This document shows positions 1-10,206 of a stretch of DNA of 64,000 nt, in pieces (the stretch's first letter is position 1; each line of letters opens with the position of its first letter). This DNA is from Methylobacteriaceae bacterium (GTDB lineage: Bacteria > Pseudomonadota > Alphaproteobacteria > Rhizobiales > Beijerinckiaceae), in NCBI GenBank assembly GCA_947444195.1, contig CANEZL010000007.1:4235-68234 (forward strand), read 5' to 3'. Under the pieces are notes generated by a model, which saw nothing but the letters and a program-made list of their open reading frames with translations, was not told the origin of the DNA and ran no database searches. Both the position numbers and the translations under genes were made by a program.

Positions 1-2
1 TG

Positions 3-929
3 AACGGTCAGTTGGTGCACCACTCCGTCCTGCGGCGCGCGCATGTCGACCCGCTTGAGATGATCCTCGGCCGCGATCCGCTTCTCCACAAGTTCCGACC
101 ATTTGCCGCGAATCTCGCCGAGATCCTTGCCGACCTCCGCCTGCATGTTCTGGTCGATCTGCAGGATCTGCAGTTCCGTCTCCGCGATCCGGCCATGCGC
201 CGATGCCGTCGCGGCGATCAATTGCCCGCGCTCGCCCTCCAGCCGGGCGGCGTCGCGCTCGAGGGCGGTCAGGCGCTGCAGCTGTATCAGGTTCTTGGCG
301 TAGAGCTCTCGCACGCCTTTCAGCTCGCTGCCGATCAGGACGATCTCGCGCTCCTTGGCGCTGGCCTGACGGGTCAGGCCCTCGATCTCCTGGCCGAGCT
401 GGCGCACGCGCTCGCGCAGCTGCGCTTTCTGACCGGCCCGCGCCCGGACCCGGGCGTTGAACAGATGCGTCTCGCCGTCGATCAGGTGCGCGATCACCGG
501 GTCGACGGCGCGGCGCGCCATCAGCGCAGTCGGGAAGGTGATCTCCGCGACCTCGTCGCGCTCGGCCTCGTCCCGCACGCGGCGCACGGCGAGTTCGTCC
601 AGTGCCTTGAGCACGATGTCGAGGTTGGCCCGGGTCTGGGTCTCGTCGAGCTGGATCAGCACGTCCCCGGCCCGCACGGAATCCCCGTCCCGCACCCGCA
701 ACGTCCCGACGACGCCGCCGGTGGGATGCTGGACCTTCTTCACCTCCGACTCGACCACGAGCTGGCCCGGCGCGATCACGGCGCCCGCGATCTGCGTGGT
801 GGCCGCCCAGCCGCCGACTCCGCCGACGAGGGCGATGCCGATGAAGAGAGCGACCAATCCGTGCCAGCGGATGGCGACGAGCGCCGGGTTTCCCGCCGGC
901 GCGACGGAAGCCTGCGAGACGCCGGTCAT
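3..929 (-). CDS. HlyD-family type I secretion membrane-fusion protein (PrsE/AprE-like), 3'-truncated by the window edge
   Basis: Manual translation from ATG at 929 gives a TM segment then GGWAATTQIAGAVIAPGQLVVESEVKKVQHPTGGVV...VRDGDSVRAGDVLIQLD (HlyD signature). The start overlaps the upstream stop (ATGA). Confidence 0.9.
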   Translation of the reverse strand, partial: MTGVSQASVAPAGNPALVAIRWHGLVALFIGIALVGGVGGWAATTQIAGAVIAPGQLVVESEVKKVQHPTGGVVGTLRVRDGDSVRAGDVLIQLDETQTRANLDIVLKALDELAVRRVRDEAERDEVAEITFPTALMARRAVDPVIAHLIDGETHLFNARVRARAGQKAQLRERVRQLGQEIEGLTRQASAKEREIVLIGSELKGVRELYAKNLIQLQRLTALERDAARLEGERGQLIAATASAHGRIAETELQILQIDQNMQAEVGKDLGEIRGKWSELVEKRIAAEDHLKRVDMRAPQDGVVHQLTV

Positions 930-2689
930 TGCGCCGCTCCCTGCTGGAGTTCCACGGCCGCCGCCCCTTGCGCGGCTCTCGCCGCGGCGGGCGCCCCCGG
1001 GCGGCCCTGCCCGGCGACGGGCTGGATCACGCGCTTGAGCACTTCGTCCTTCGGGCCGAAGGCGCGCGCGGCGCCCTGATCCATGATCAGAACGAGATCG
1101 ACGGCGGCCAGAGCGCTCGGGCGATGGGCCACCACCACGCAGATGCCGCCGCGCTGGCGCACCCCCACCATCGCCTGCGTCAGGGCCGCCTCGCCCTCGC
1201 TGTCGAGATTCGAGTTGGGCTCGTCGAGGACCACCAGGAATGGCCTGCCGAACAGGGCACGCGCCAGACCGATGCGCTGGCGCTGGCCCGCGGAAAGGCC
1301 CGCGCCGCTCTCGCCGACCGGCGTGTCGTAGCCGTTGGGCAGGGCCACCACCATCTCGTGGACGCCCGCCATCCGGGCCGCCTCCACGATCTCCGCGGAA
1401 TCGGCGTCCGGCCGGAAGCGGGCGATGTTCTGCGCCACGGTTCCGGCGAACAGTTCGACCTCCTGAGGCAGGTAGCCGACATGGGTGCCGAGGGTGGCGC
1501 TGCCCCACTGGTCGAGGGCCGCGCCGTCGAGACGCACCCGTCCGCGCAGGCATGGCCAGACCCCCACGAGCGCGCGGGCCAGCGTCGACTTGCCCGAGGC
1601 GGAGGGACCGATGATCCCGAGCCCCTGGCCCGCCTTCAGGGGGAACGAGACATCCCGCACGACGGCCCGCGAGGTGCCGGGCGGCGCGACGCTGATGCTC
1701 TCGACGACGAGACTGGCGGAGGGCGGCGGCAGAGCCAGGGTCTCGGATTCGGCCGGAATGCGCAGGCACAATTCGTTGAGCCGCTGCCAAGCCTGACGGG
1801 CCTGGACGAAGCTCTTCCAGTTGGCGATGGCGAGTTCCGCCGGGGCCATGGCGCGGGCGGTCAGGATCGAGGCGGCGATGATGACGCCCGCCGTGGCTTG
1901 GTTCTCGATGACGAGATAGGCGCCGAGCGCCAGCACGATGGATTGCAGGCTGCCCCGGAACGCCTTCGCCACGGCGCCGAACCCGTTGACCACGTCCGAG
2001 GCGTAGAGCTGCTCGCCCATGTAGGAGCGGTTGGCCTGCGCCCAGCGCCCGGCCTGGTGACCCTGCATGCCCATGGCGGCGAGGGTCTCGGCGTTGCGGC
2101 TCGCGGCCTCAGCCATTCCGCTGCGGATCATGCCCTGTTCCATGGCGACGCGCGTGGCGCGGCTCGTCATCCGATCGGTGGTCCAGGTGAAGACGACCAG
2201 CACGAGCGTCCCCACCAGGGCAGCCAGCCCGATCCATGGATGGAACAGCACGCAGATGGCGAGGTAGATCGGCATCCAGGGCAGGTCGAACAGGGCGACG
2301 GGCCCGCTCCCGCTCAGGAACGAGCGAACCGCGTCGAGATCTCGGAGCGGGCGCGTGCGGTCGGCGGTCGCGAGTCCCTTCAGGGGGGCGCGGGCGATGA
2401 GATCGAACAGGCGGGGCGCCAGCGTGTGGTCGAGGGCCATCCCGAAGCGGGCCAGGATGCGGCTCCGGATCAGATCGAGCAGGCTCTGGAACGCGTAGAG
2501 GGTCAGGGCCAGGACGAGCAGCCCCACGAGGGTCTGCAGGGACCGGCTCGGAAGGACGCGGTCATAGACCTGCATCATGAAGAACGAGCCGGTCAGGTAG
2601 AGCACGTTGACGAGGCCGCTGAGGACCCCGACCACCAGAAAACCCGAGCGACAACTGCGGAGAGCTGCTCTCAACTCCAGGGCGGTCAC
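926..2689 (-). CDS. Type I secretion system permease/ATPase (PrsD/AprD-like)
   Basis: YMMQVYDRVLPSRS-type N-terminus (FMMQVYDRVLPSRS), DLPWMP, Walker A GPSASGKST, LSAGQRQRIGLARA, LDEPNSNLD. GTG at 2689 preceded by GGAG. Confidence 0.92.
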   Translation of the reverse strand: MTALELRAALRSCRSGFLVVGVLSGLVNVLYLTGSFFMMQVYDRVLPSRSLQTLVGLLVLALTLYAFQSLLDLIRSRILARFGMALDHTLAPRLFDLIARAPLKGLATADRTRPLRDLDAVRSFLSGSGPVALFDLPWMPIYLAICVLFHPWIGLAALVGTLVLVVFTWTTDRMTSRATRVAMEQGMIRSGMAEAASRNAETLAAMGMQGHQAGRWAQANRSYMGEQLYASDVVNGFGAVAKAFRGSLQSIVLALGAYLVIENQATAGVIIAASILTARAMAPAELAIANWKSFVQARQAWQRLNELCLRIPAESETLALPPPSASLVVESISVAPPGTSRAVVRDVSFPLKAGQGLGIIGPSASGKSTLARALVGVWPCLRGRVRLDGAALDQWGSATLGTHVGYLPQEVELFAGTVAQNIARFRPDADSAEIVEAARMAGVHEMVVALPNGYDTPVGESGAGLSAGQRQRIGLARALFGRPFLVVLDEPNSNLDSEGEAALTQAMVGVRQRGGICVVVAHRPSALAAVDLVLIMDQGAARAFGPKDEVLKRVIQPVAGQGRPGAPAAARAAQGAAAVELQQGAAQ

Positions 2690-2749
2690 CGATCCACTCC
2701 GTCCCAAACGACCGGCTGACCGGTCCGATAATCCTGTCGGGTGCGACAT

Positions 2750-3310
2750 CGATAGGACGTCGTCGAAACCCCGTGCGTTTCGTCTGGGGTAATTTTAGGG
2801 CCGCCCATATCCGGGCCATTACCAAATTTTTTTCCGCTCTCAAAGTGTTCGGATTACCATACCGGGACATAAACTCTGCACCCGTCGCGCTCCGGAGGAC
2901 ATCGCTTCGGTATCGAGCAATCTCCGTTGCCGATTGACAACAGAGGCGCGACCAGAGATCGCTGCATCCCGCGCAGCGGGCCGCATATGTAGAACCGCAG
3001 AATTGAACAGCGCACAATTAAATATTGCAATTACTTCGATCAGGATCTCGCTCTTACGATTTTATGCAAAATCAATTACATTCCCGATTATCGTCTTGTG
3101 AGCCGGTACAGCTCACAGGAAAATCTCTCGACGTCAAATCCCGCCCCGGAGCAGACCGCCCTTGGGCTGCGTCAGGCCCTGTGTGCGACAGCGCACAAGC
3201 GCGTCGCGCAGGCGGGATCCTGACCCTGGTGCCCGGATCGGGACGAGCCACCTAGACGGCCGAAGGGGCAATCGGCGCGTCGAGCGCGCCCGCTATCGCT
3301 GCACGGGGTT
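2750..3310. promoter_or_regulatory. AT-enriched divergent intergenic region with two palindromes
   Basis: GATTTT-ATGC-AAAATC (3058-3073) and TGTGAGC-N7-GCTCACA (3097-3117). Confidence 0.4.
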
Positions 3311-3313
3311 TCC

Positions 3314-4402
3314 ATGCCGTCACTGTTTGATCCGATCCAGATCGGCGCCATCGCGGCGCCGAACCGCATCTTCATGGCGCCGCTCACCCGCGGTCGGGCG
3401 ACGCGGGAGCACGTCCCGACGCCGATCATGGCCGAGTACTACGCGCAGCGCGCGGGCGCCGGGCTGATCCTGTCGGAGGCCACCGGGATCAGCCAGGAGG
3501 GCTTGGGCTGGCCCTTCGCCCCGGGCATCTGGTCGGACGCGCAGGTGGAGGCCTGGAAGCCGGTGGTGAAGGCGGTGCACGACCGGGGCGGGCGCATCCT
3601 CTGCCAGCTCTGGCATATGGGGCGCATCGTCCACCCGGATTTCCTGGGCGGCGCGAAGCCGGTCTCGTCCTCGGCGACCACCGCGCCGGACCAAGCCCAC
3701 ACCTATGGCGGCAAGAAGCCCTACGCGGAGGCCCGCCCGCTCGCCCTCGACGAGATCCCGCGGCTGCTCTCCGACTACGCGCGGGCCGCGCGCAACGCCG
3801 TAGCCGCCGGCTTCGACGGGGTGCAGATCCACGCGGCGAACGGCTACCTGATCGACCAGTTCCTGCGCGACGGCGCCAACTTCCGGGACGACGCCTATGG
3901 CGGCCCGGTGGAGAACCGCATCCGCCTCCTGCGCGAGGTCACGCAGACCGTCGCCGACGTGGTGGGCCGGGACCGCACCGGCGTGCGCCTGTCGCCCAAC
4001 GGCGCCATCCAGGGCGTCGACGATTCGGATCCGGACGCGCTGTTCGGGGCGGCCGCCGCGGCCCTCGACGAAATCGGCATCGCCTTCCTCGAGATGCGCG
4101 AGCCCGGCCCCAACGGCACCTTCGGCACCGCCAACCACCCGCCGGTGGCGCCGGTGATGCGCCGGCACTTCAAGGGCCCGCTCATCCTCAACTCGGATTA
4201 CGACCGCCGCAGCGGGCAGGCCGCCCTCGATTCGGGGGTCGCCGACGCCATCGCCTTCGGCCGCACCTTCATCGCCAACCCCGACCTGCCGGAGCGCTTC
4301 GCCGCCGATGCGCCCCTGAACAGGGACGATGCGAAGACCTGGTACAGCCAGGGGCCGGAAGGCTACGTGGACTACCCGCCGCTCGCGGCCGCCGCGGCCT
4401 GA
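3314..4402 (+). CDS. Old yellow enzyme family alkene reductase (NemA-like)
   Basis: NRIFMAPLTR, EYYAQRAGAGLILSEAT, GFDGVQIHAANGYLIDQFL, DAYGGPVENR. Confidence 0.93.
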   Translation: MPSLFDPIQIGAIAAPNRIFMAPLTRGRATREHVPTPIMAEYYAQRAGAGLILSEATGISQEGLGWPFAPGIWSDAQVEAWKPVVKAVHDRGGRILCQLWHMGRIVHPDFLGGAKPVSSSATTAPDQAHTYGGKKPYAEARPLALDEIPRLLSDYARAARNAVAAGFDGVQIHAANGYLIDQFLRDGANFRDDAYGGPVENRIRLLREVTQTVADVVGRDRTGVRLSPNGAIQGVDDSDPDALFGAAAAALDEIGIAFLEMREPGPNGTFGTANHPPVAPVMRRHFKGPLILNSDYDRRSGQAALDSGVADAIAFGRTFIANPDLPERFAADAPLNRDDAKTWYSQGPEGYVDYPPLAAAAA

Positions 4403-4495
4403 GCGGAACGACGCCCCTCGACGGCGCGAAAACGGGGGATCTTGCGCGCGGCGTCTGTTCGACGGCCGTGCGCGCCCTTAATTGATACCGCGACC

Positions 4496-6403
4496 ATGGA
4501 TGCGTTCAACCAACCCGTGACAGGGCCCGCGCCGACGGGCCGGCCGAGCCCGGAGGAGCGGATCGCCGCCCTTCACGCGGCGCGGATCCTGGATACGCCT
4601 CCGGAGACGGCCTACGACGACCTCGCCCAGGTGGCGGCCTATGTCTGCCGGACCCCGATCGCCCTCGTCAGCTTCGTGGACACGGCGCGCCAGTGGTTCA
4701 AGGCCGAGGTCGGCCTGGGCTGCCGCGAGATGCCGATCGACCGGGCGATCTGCGCCTACGCCATCGAGGAGGAGGATCTCCTCGTCCTCCCGGACCTCAC
4801 CCGCGACGACCGCACCGCGCGCAACCCGCTGGTCACGGGGCAGGACCATTTCCGGTTCTATGCCGGCGCGGTGATCCGCTCGCAGAACGGCCTCGCCCTC
4901 GGCTCCCTCTGCGTGCTCGACAGGACGCCCCGTCCCGAAGGGCTCACGCCCGAGCAGGCCGCGACGCTGCGGACGCTCGCGCACCAGGTCTCCACCCTGA
5001 TCGAGCACCGCCGCATCCTCCACGAGGTGGCCCTGCGCGAGGTGGAGCTCGCCGCGAGCGAGCGCCGCTTCCGCGTGATGACCTCGGCCATACCGCAGAT
5101 GGTCTGGACCACCCTGCCCGACGGCTTCCACGACTACTACAACGACCGCTGGTACGAGTTCACCGGGGTGCCCTACGGCTCGACCGACGGCGTGGGCTGG
5201 AACGACATGTTCCATCCCGAGGATCAGGAGCGGGCCTGGACCCGTTGGCGCCACTCGCTCGCCACCGGCGAGCCCTACGAGATCGAGTACCGGCTGCGCC
5301 ACCACAGCGGCGCCTACCGCTGGACGCTGGGCCGGGCCATGCCGATCCGCGACGGCGACGGCCGGATCGAGCGCTGGTTCGGCACCTGCACCGACATCGA
5401 CGACCTGAAGCGGACGGAGACGGAGGCGCGCCAGCTCGCGGCCATCGTCGAGACCTCGAAGGACTTCATCGGCCTGCTCGACGAGGCGGGCCGCACCATC
5501 CACCTGAACGCGGCGGCGCTCGCCCTCGTCGGCCTGCCCGATCTTGCGGCCGCGCGCGCCCTGGCGATGGGCGAGTATTTCACGCCCCAGAGCCGCACGG
5601 TCTTCGAGGAGACGGCGATGCCGGCGGTGCGCCGGTCGGGCTGGTGGGAGGGCGAACTGGCCTTCCGCCGCCAGGACACGGCCGAGGCGGTCCCGGTCCT
5701 GTTCAACGTCTTTCCCGTCAGCGATTCGAACGGGCAGCGGGTCGGCTACGGCACCGTGACCCGCGACCTGCGCGAGGCCAAGCGCTCCGAGGAGGCGCGC
5801 GACCTCCTGATCCGCGAGCTGTCCCACCGCATCAAGAACATCTTCGCGGTGGTCGGCGGCATCGCCGCCCTGTCCGCGCGCGGCCATCCCGAGGCCAAGC
5901 CCTTCGCCGATGCCTTCCGCGAGCGCCTCGGCGCCCTGGCGCGGGCCCACGAATACGTCCGGCCCCACAGCCCCGACAGCGCGCCCCCCGTCTCCGGCCA
6001 GACCGTGCTCGGGCTGATGCGCCTGATCATGGCCGCCTACAGCCAGGACGGGCGCGACCGCGTCGCGATCACGGGCGACGACACGGAGATCGGCGAGCGC
6101 ACGGCGACGGCGCTCGCCCTCATCATGCACGAGCAGGCGACCAACGCCGTGAAGTATGGCGGCCTCTCGACGCAAGGGGGCAGCGTGACCCTCACGGGCG
6201 AGCGCGACGGGGATCAGTACCGCCTGATCTGGAGCGAGGCCGGCGGCCCCACTGTGGCCGAGGCGCCGACCCGCAAGGGCTTCGGCACGGTGCTCGCCGA
6301 GCGCAGCGTCGCCGGCCAGCTCGACGGGGTGCTGGAGCACGATTGGGCGCCGGGCGGCCTCGTCATGCGCCTGGGCGTGCCGGTCGCCAATCTCCGGCTC
6401 TGA
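4496..6403 (+). CDS. GAF-PAS-PAS HWE-family sensor histidine kinase
   Basis: GAF (RFYAGAVI...LGSLCVLD), PAS (HPEDQER...YEIEYRLRHHSGAYRW), HWE box ELSHRIKN, HEQATNAVKYG, WSEAGGP, RKGFGT. Confidence 0.9.
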   Translation: MDAFNQPVTGPAPTGRPSPEERIAALHAARILDTPPETAYDDLAQVAAYVCRTPIALVSFVDTARQWFKAEVGLGCREMPIDRAICAYAIEEEDLLVLPDLTRDDRTARNPLVTGQDHFRFYAGAVIRSQNGLALGSLCVLDRTPRPEGLTPEQAATLRTLAHQVSTLIEHRRILHEVALREVELAASERRFRVMTSAIPQMVWTTLPDGFHDYYNDRWYEFTGVPYGSTDGVGWNDMFHPEDQERAWTRWRHSLATGEPYEIEYRLRHHSGAYRWTLGRAMPIRDGDGRIERWFGTCTDIDDLKRTETEARQLAAIVETSKDFIGLLDEAGRTIHLNAAALALVGLPDLAAARALAMGEYFTPQSRTVFEETAMPAVRRSGWWEGELAFRRQDTAEAVPVLFNVFPVSDSNGQRVGYGTVTRDLREAKRSEEARDLLIRELSHRIKNIFAVVGGIAALSARGHPEAKPFADAFRERLGALARAHEYVRPHSPDSAPPVSGQTVLGLMRLIMAAYSQDGRDRVAITGDDTEIGERTATALALIMHEQATNAVKYGGLSTQGGSVTLTGERDGDQYRLIWSEAGGPTVAEAPTRKGFGTVLAERSVAGQLDGVLEHDWAPGGLVMRLGVPVANLRL

Positions 6404-6408
6404 AGGCG

Positions 6409-7080
6409 GTGCCCGCCGAAGCCGCGTCCGGAGCGCCGGCCTTCCGGCTCGCGGTGCTCGATTTCGACGGGACGCTCGCCGACAGCTTCGGCTGGTTCTG
6501 CAGCGTCCTGAACGGCGTGGCGGAGCGCTACGGCTTCCGCCCGGTCGAACCGGGGGAGATCGAGGACCTGCGCGGGCTGCCCGCGGGCGAGATCGTGCGC
6601 CGTTTGCGGGTGCCGCGCTGGAAGCTGCCGGCGATCGCGGCCCACATGCACGCCCTGGCCGCCCGCGACATCGAGCGGATCCGCCTCTTTCCCGGCGTGC
6701 CGCGCATGCTCGACGAGCTCGCCGCGGGCGGGATGACGCTGACCATCCTCAGTTCCAACACGCGGGCGAACGTCGTGCGGGTGCTAGGAGTGGAGAACGC
6801 GGCCCGGATCGACCGCTTCGCCTGCGGCGCCTCGCTGTTCGGGAAGGCGCGGCGGCTGGAGAGGCTGGTGGCCCGGTGCGGGGTGGCGCCCGCGCAGGTG
6901 CTCTGCCTCGGTGACGAGCTGCGCGATCTCGACGCGGCGCGCAGCGTCGGCTGCGCCTTCGGCGCGGTGGCCTGGGGCTATACCCGGGCCGAGGCCCTGG
7001 CGGCGGCGGGGCCGGACTTCCTGTTCCCGGAGCCCGGCGCGGTGGCGCCGATGCTGGAGCTCGAACGGAGCCCGGCCTGA
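6409..7080 (+). CDS. HAD-family hydrolase (phosphoglycolate phosphatase-like)
   Basis: LDFDGTLADS motif I, LSSN motif II, GDELRD motif IV. GTG start inferred. Confidence 0.85.
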   Translation: MPAEAASGAPAFRLAVLDFDGTLADSFGWFCSVLNGVAERYGFRPVEPGEIEDLRGLPAGEIVRRLRVPRWKLPAIAAHMHALAARDIERIRLFPGVPRMLDELAAGGMTLTILSSNTRANVVRVLGVENAARIDRFACGASLFGKARRLERLVARCGVAPAQVLCLGDELRDLDAARSVGCAFGAVAWGYTRAEALAAAGPDFLFPEPGAVAPMLELERSPA

Positions 7081-7113
7081 AGCCCGGGGGCGGCGCACCG
7101 CCCCCGCGGCCGG

Positions 7114-7611
7114 TCACATGCCGCGGTTGGCGCCCGGGATGATGCTGGTGCCGGAGCCGCTGCCGAAGGGCTCGTAGCGGGTCAGGCCGCGGAAGAGCTG
7201 GCTGAGGAAGGCGCGGTCGGCGCCGCTGGTCGGCGTGGTGCGCTCGATGAAGTCGAACACCTTGCCGTCCTGCAGGCCGTAGAGGGCCACGCGCTCCACC
7301 TTGAAGGCGGGGGTGAAGTAGACCGCGGTGACCTTCTGGTCGTCCACGCGCTCGCCGAGGAACATCACCGTGCGGCTGGTGTTCTGCGAGATGTAGTACC
7401 AGGACTTGTTGCCCACCGTGGAGACGGTGGACGGCGAGCCCAGGGTCTGGAGAACCTGCTCGGCGCTCATGCCGGGCTTCACGCTCGCGAGCGCGGCCTG
7501 GTCGATCTGATAGCCGTGACGCAGCTCCTCGCCGATGCAGCCGGAGAGGGCGACGCCGAGCGCGGCGACGACGGCGCCACGCGCCAGAAACGAGACGAGA
7601 CGGCGCGGCAT
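7114..7611 (-). CDS. bamE: Outer membrane protein assembly factor BamE (SmpA/OmlA) lipoprotein
   Basis: Lipobox LSGC; VKPGMSAEQVLQTLGSPS...WYYISQ. Confidence 0.88.
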   Translation of the reverse strand: MPRRLVSFLARGAVVAALGVALSGCIGEELRHGYQIDQAALASVKPGMSAEQVLQTLGSPSTVSTVGNKSWYYISQNTSRTVMFLGERVDDQKVTAVYFTPAFKVERVALYGLQDGKVFDFIERTTPTSGADRAFLSQLFRGLTRYEPFGSGSGTSIIPGANRGM

Positions 7612-7795
7612 CGGCCCCCCGGTTGAAACGATCGTGTTGACGGAGGGCCGCACCGCGGGACCCGCGCGAAGTGGACGCGTGCCGGCGGCGCTTGCACCTT
7701 GACCGTGGGTTGCCGTACCGCGGGGTTATGGCTTTGACAAGGCAAGCCCGGCCACAGCGCCGGGGAGAAGGCGCGCCGCTGCCGCGGAGGCTTCC

Positions 7796-8362
7796 ATGAT
7801 CGCCCGGTTCTTCCGCCGCGGGAATGCCCGCCGCAGCGTGATCGAGGCGCTGCACCTGCGCGTCAACGCGGCCTCGCGCGAGGCCGCGTTGTACGAGGTC
7901 CTCGCCGTGCCGGACACGGTGGAGGGCCGCTTCGAATCCCTCGTGCTGCACACCGTGCTGATGCTGCGCGCCCTCGACCGGCTGCCCGCGCCCGCGCCGG
8001 ACGTGGCCCAGGACCTCGTGGACGCGGTCTTCCTGCAGCTCGACGCGGCCTTGCGGGAACTCGGCGTCGGCGACATCTCCGTGCCCAAGCGCATGAAGAA
8101 GCTCGGTGCCGCCTTCTACGGCCGCGCGGGCCAGTACGGCCCCGCCCTCGACGCCCGCGACGGGCCGGCCCTGCGCGCGGCGCTCGCCCGGAACGTGTTC
8201 GGCCGCGAGACGGTGGGACCCGACGCGCCGGAGGCCGCGGGCCTTGCCGCCTACGTCCAGGCCGCCGACGACGCGCTGGCCCGGGCCGATCTCGACGGCC
8301 TGCTCGGCGCAGGGCCGGCCTTCCCCGATCCTGCCGCATCCGCCCCAGGAGAGAGAGCATGA
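7796..8362 (+). CDS. Ubiquinol-cytochrome c chaperone (Cbp3 family)
   Basis: VPDTVEGRFE..LH, LRELGVGDISVPKRMKKL..AFYGR, ALARNVF. Confidence 0.85.
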   Translation: MIARFFRRGNARRSVIEALHLRVNAASREAALYEVLAVPDTVEGRFESLVLHTVLMLRALDRLPAPAPDVAQDLVDAVFLQLDAALRELGVGDISVPKRMKKLGAAFYGRAGQYGPALDARDGPALRAALARNVFGRETVGPDAPEAAGLAAYVQAADDALARADLDGLLGAGPAFPDPAASAPGERA

Positions 8363-8868
8363 GCGATCCCGGCAAACCCGGCCCCCTCTCGCGCGTCGTC
8401 AACGTCGAGCGCCTGCCGCCGGGGCGGGGCGCGGTCACCGTGGAGGCGACGCCGGCCGAGGCCGAGGCGCTCGCCAGGGATTTCGGCATTCCCGCGATCC
8501 GCGACCTCGTCGGCCGCTTCGCGGTCTCCGGCCCCACGAGCCGCCTCCTCGTCACCGGCACCGTGGAGGCGCTGGTCACGCAGGTCTGCACGGTGAGCCT
8601 CGAGCCGTTCGAGGCGCGGGTCTCCGAGCCCGTGGAGGTGACCTTCACCGACACCGACCGACTCGCGGGCACCGATGCGGAGGATGCCGACGTGCCCGAC
8701 CCGATCGTCGGCGGGCGCCTCGATTTCGGCGTCCTCACGGCCGAGTTCCTGGCGCTCGGGCTCGATCCCTATCCGCGCAGGCCCGGCATCCAGTTCGAGG
8801 AGGTCGAGGTCGGCGCCGGGGTCAAGCCGTTCGAGGCCCTGCGCACCCTGCGCGACCCTGAGGGCTGA
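8359..8868 (+). CDS. DUF177/YceD family protein
   Basis: [27 protein letters not shown]; located upstream of plsX. Confidence 0.85.
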   Translation: MSDPGKPGPLSRVVNVERLPPGRGAVTVEATPAEAEALARDFGIPAIRDLVGRFAVSGPTSRLLVTGTVEALVTQVCTVSLEPFEARVSEPVEVTFTDTDRLAGTDAEDADVPDPIVGGRLDFGVLTAEFLALGLDPYPRRPGIQFEEVEVGAGVKPFEALRTLRDPEG

Positions 8869-9062
8869 GCGCCCCCGGTCGCCCCGGCGGGAGGGGGCAG
8901 GAGGCCGCGGCGGGGGCGCCCGCGGGCATGGGGACGAGAAATCGTTTGCCCGAACGGCCCGGATCGCTATTTTCCGCCGCGCTCCACGACCCCATCCGCA
9001 CCGACGGGCCGGCCCCCGCCGCAGCCCCGCCGACGCCCCAGAGGCCGCAACCCGCGATCACC

Positions 9063-10100
9063 ATGTCCCAACCCGTGTGCATCTCGCTCGACGCCATGGG
9101 CGGCGATCATGGGGCCTCGACCGTGGTGCCCGGCGCCGCCATCGCCCGCGAGCGCCATCCCGAGACGCGCTTCCTGATGTACGGCGACGAGGCCGTCATC
9201 GCCCCCCTCGTCGAGGCCGAGCCGCGGCTCAAGGGCGCGGTGGAGATCCGGCACACCACCGTCTCCGTCGCCATGGACGACAAGCCGAGCCAGGCGGTGC
9301 GCCAGGGGCGGGGCAAGTCCTCCATGTGGCAGGCGATCCAGGCGGTGCGCGACGGGCAGGCCCAGGCCTGCGTCTCGGCCGGCAATACCGGCGCGCTGAT
9401 GGCGATGTCGAAGATCTGCCTGAAGACGATGGCGGGCATCGAGCGGCCGGCCATCGCCTGCCTCTGGCCCACCGTGCGCGGCGAGAGCGTGGTGCTCGAT
9501 GTGGGCGCCACCATCGGCACCGATGCCGAGCATCTCGTGGAGATGGCGGTGATGGGCTCGGCCATGGCTCGCATCGTGCTTGATCTCGAGCGCCCGACGG
9601 TCGGCCTGCTCAACGTCGGCACCGAGGAGATGAAGGGCAACGAGGCGGTGAAGGAGGCCGCCCGCCTCCTGCGCGAGCACGACGCCGTGAACTTCGCCTA
9701 TCACGGCTTCGTCGAGGGCACCGATCTCGGCCGCGGCACCGTGGACGTGGTGGTGACGGAGGGCTTCACCGGCAACATCGCCCTGAAGACCGCCGAGGGC
9801 ACCGCCAAGCAGATCGGCACCTACCTGCGCGCCGCGATGACGCGCACGCTCTCGGCCAAGATCGGCGCGCTGTTCGCCCGCCAGGCCTTCAAGGCGCTGA
9901 AGGACAAGATGAATCCCAGCCGGGCCAATGGCGGCGTCTTCCTCGGCCTCGAGGGCATCGTCATCAAGAGCCACGGCTCGGAGAACGCGCAAGGCTTCGC
10001 CGCGGCGATCGACCTTGCCCACGACATGGCGCGCCACGACCTCATGCGCACGATCCGCGACATGCTGGACGAGACGCCGACCACGATGGCCCGCGTCTGA
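9063..10100 (+). CDS. plsX: Phosphate acyltransferase PlsX
   Basis: [54 protein letters not shown]. Confidence 0.96.
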   Translation: MSQPVCISLDAMGGDHGASTVVPGAAIARERHPETRFLMYGDEAVIAPLVEAEPRLKGAVEIRHTTVSVAMDDKPSQAVRQGRGKSSMWQAIQAVRDGQAQACVSAGNTGALMAMSKICLKTMAGIERPAIACLWPTVRGESVVLDVGATIGTDAEHLVEMAVMGSAMARIVLDLERPTVGLLNVGTEEMKGNEAVKEAARLLREHDAVNFAYHGFVEGTDLGRGTVDVVVTEGFTGNIALKTAEGTAKQIGTYLRAAMTRTLSAKIGALFARQAFKALKDKMNPSRANGGVFLGLEGIVIKSHGSENAQGFAAAIDLAHDMARHDLMRTIRDMLDETPTTMARV

Positions 10101-10206
10101 GCACGGTGCCGGCGCGCCAGCCCCGTTCCAGGAACGGGATCGAGACCGGCGCCCCCGGATCCGCGGCCCCGCGCCGCGCGTTCCAGGCGTCACGGGAAGG
10201 ATTGCG

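Noticed and set aside
5050-5780. LOV photoreceptor domain in the HWE kinase
   Set aside because: Neither PAS domain contains the NCRFLQ motif.
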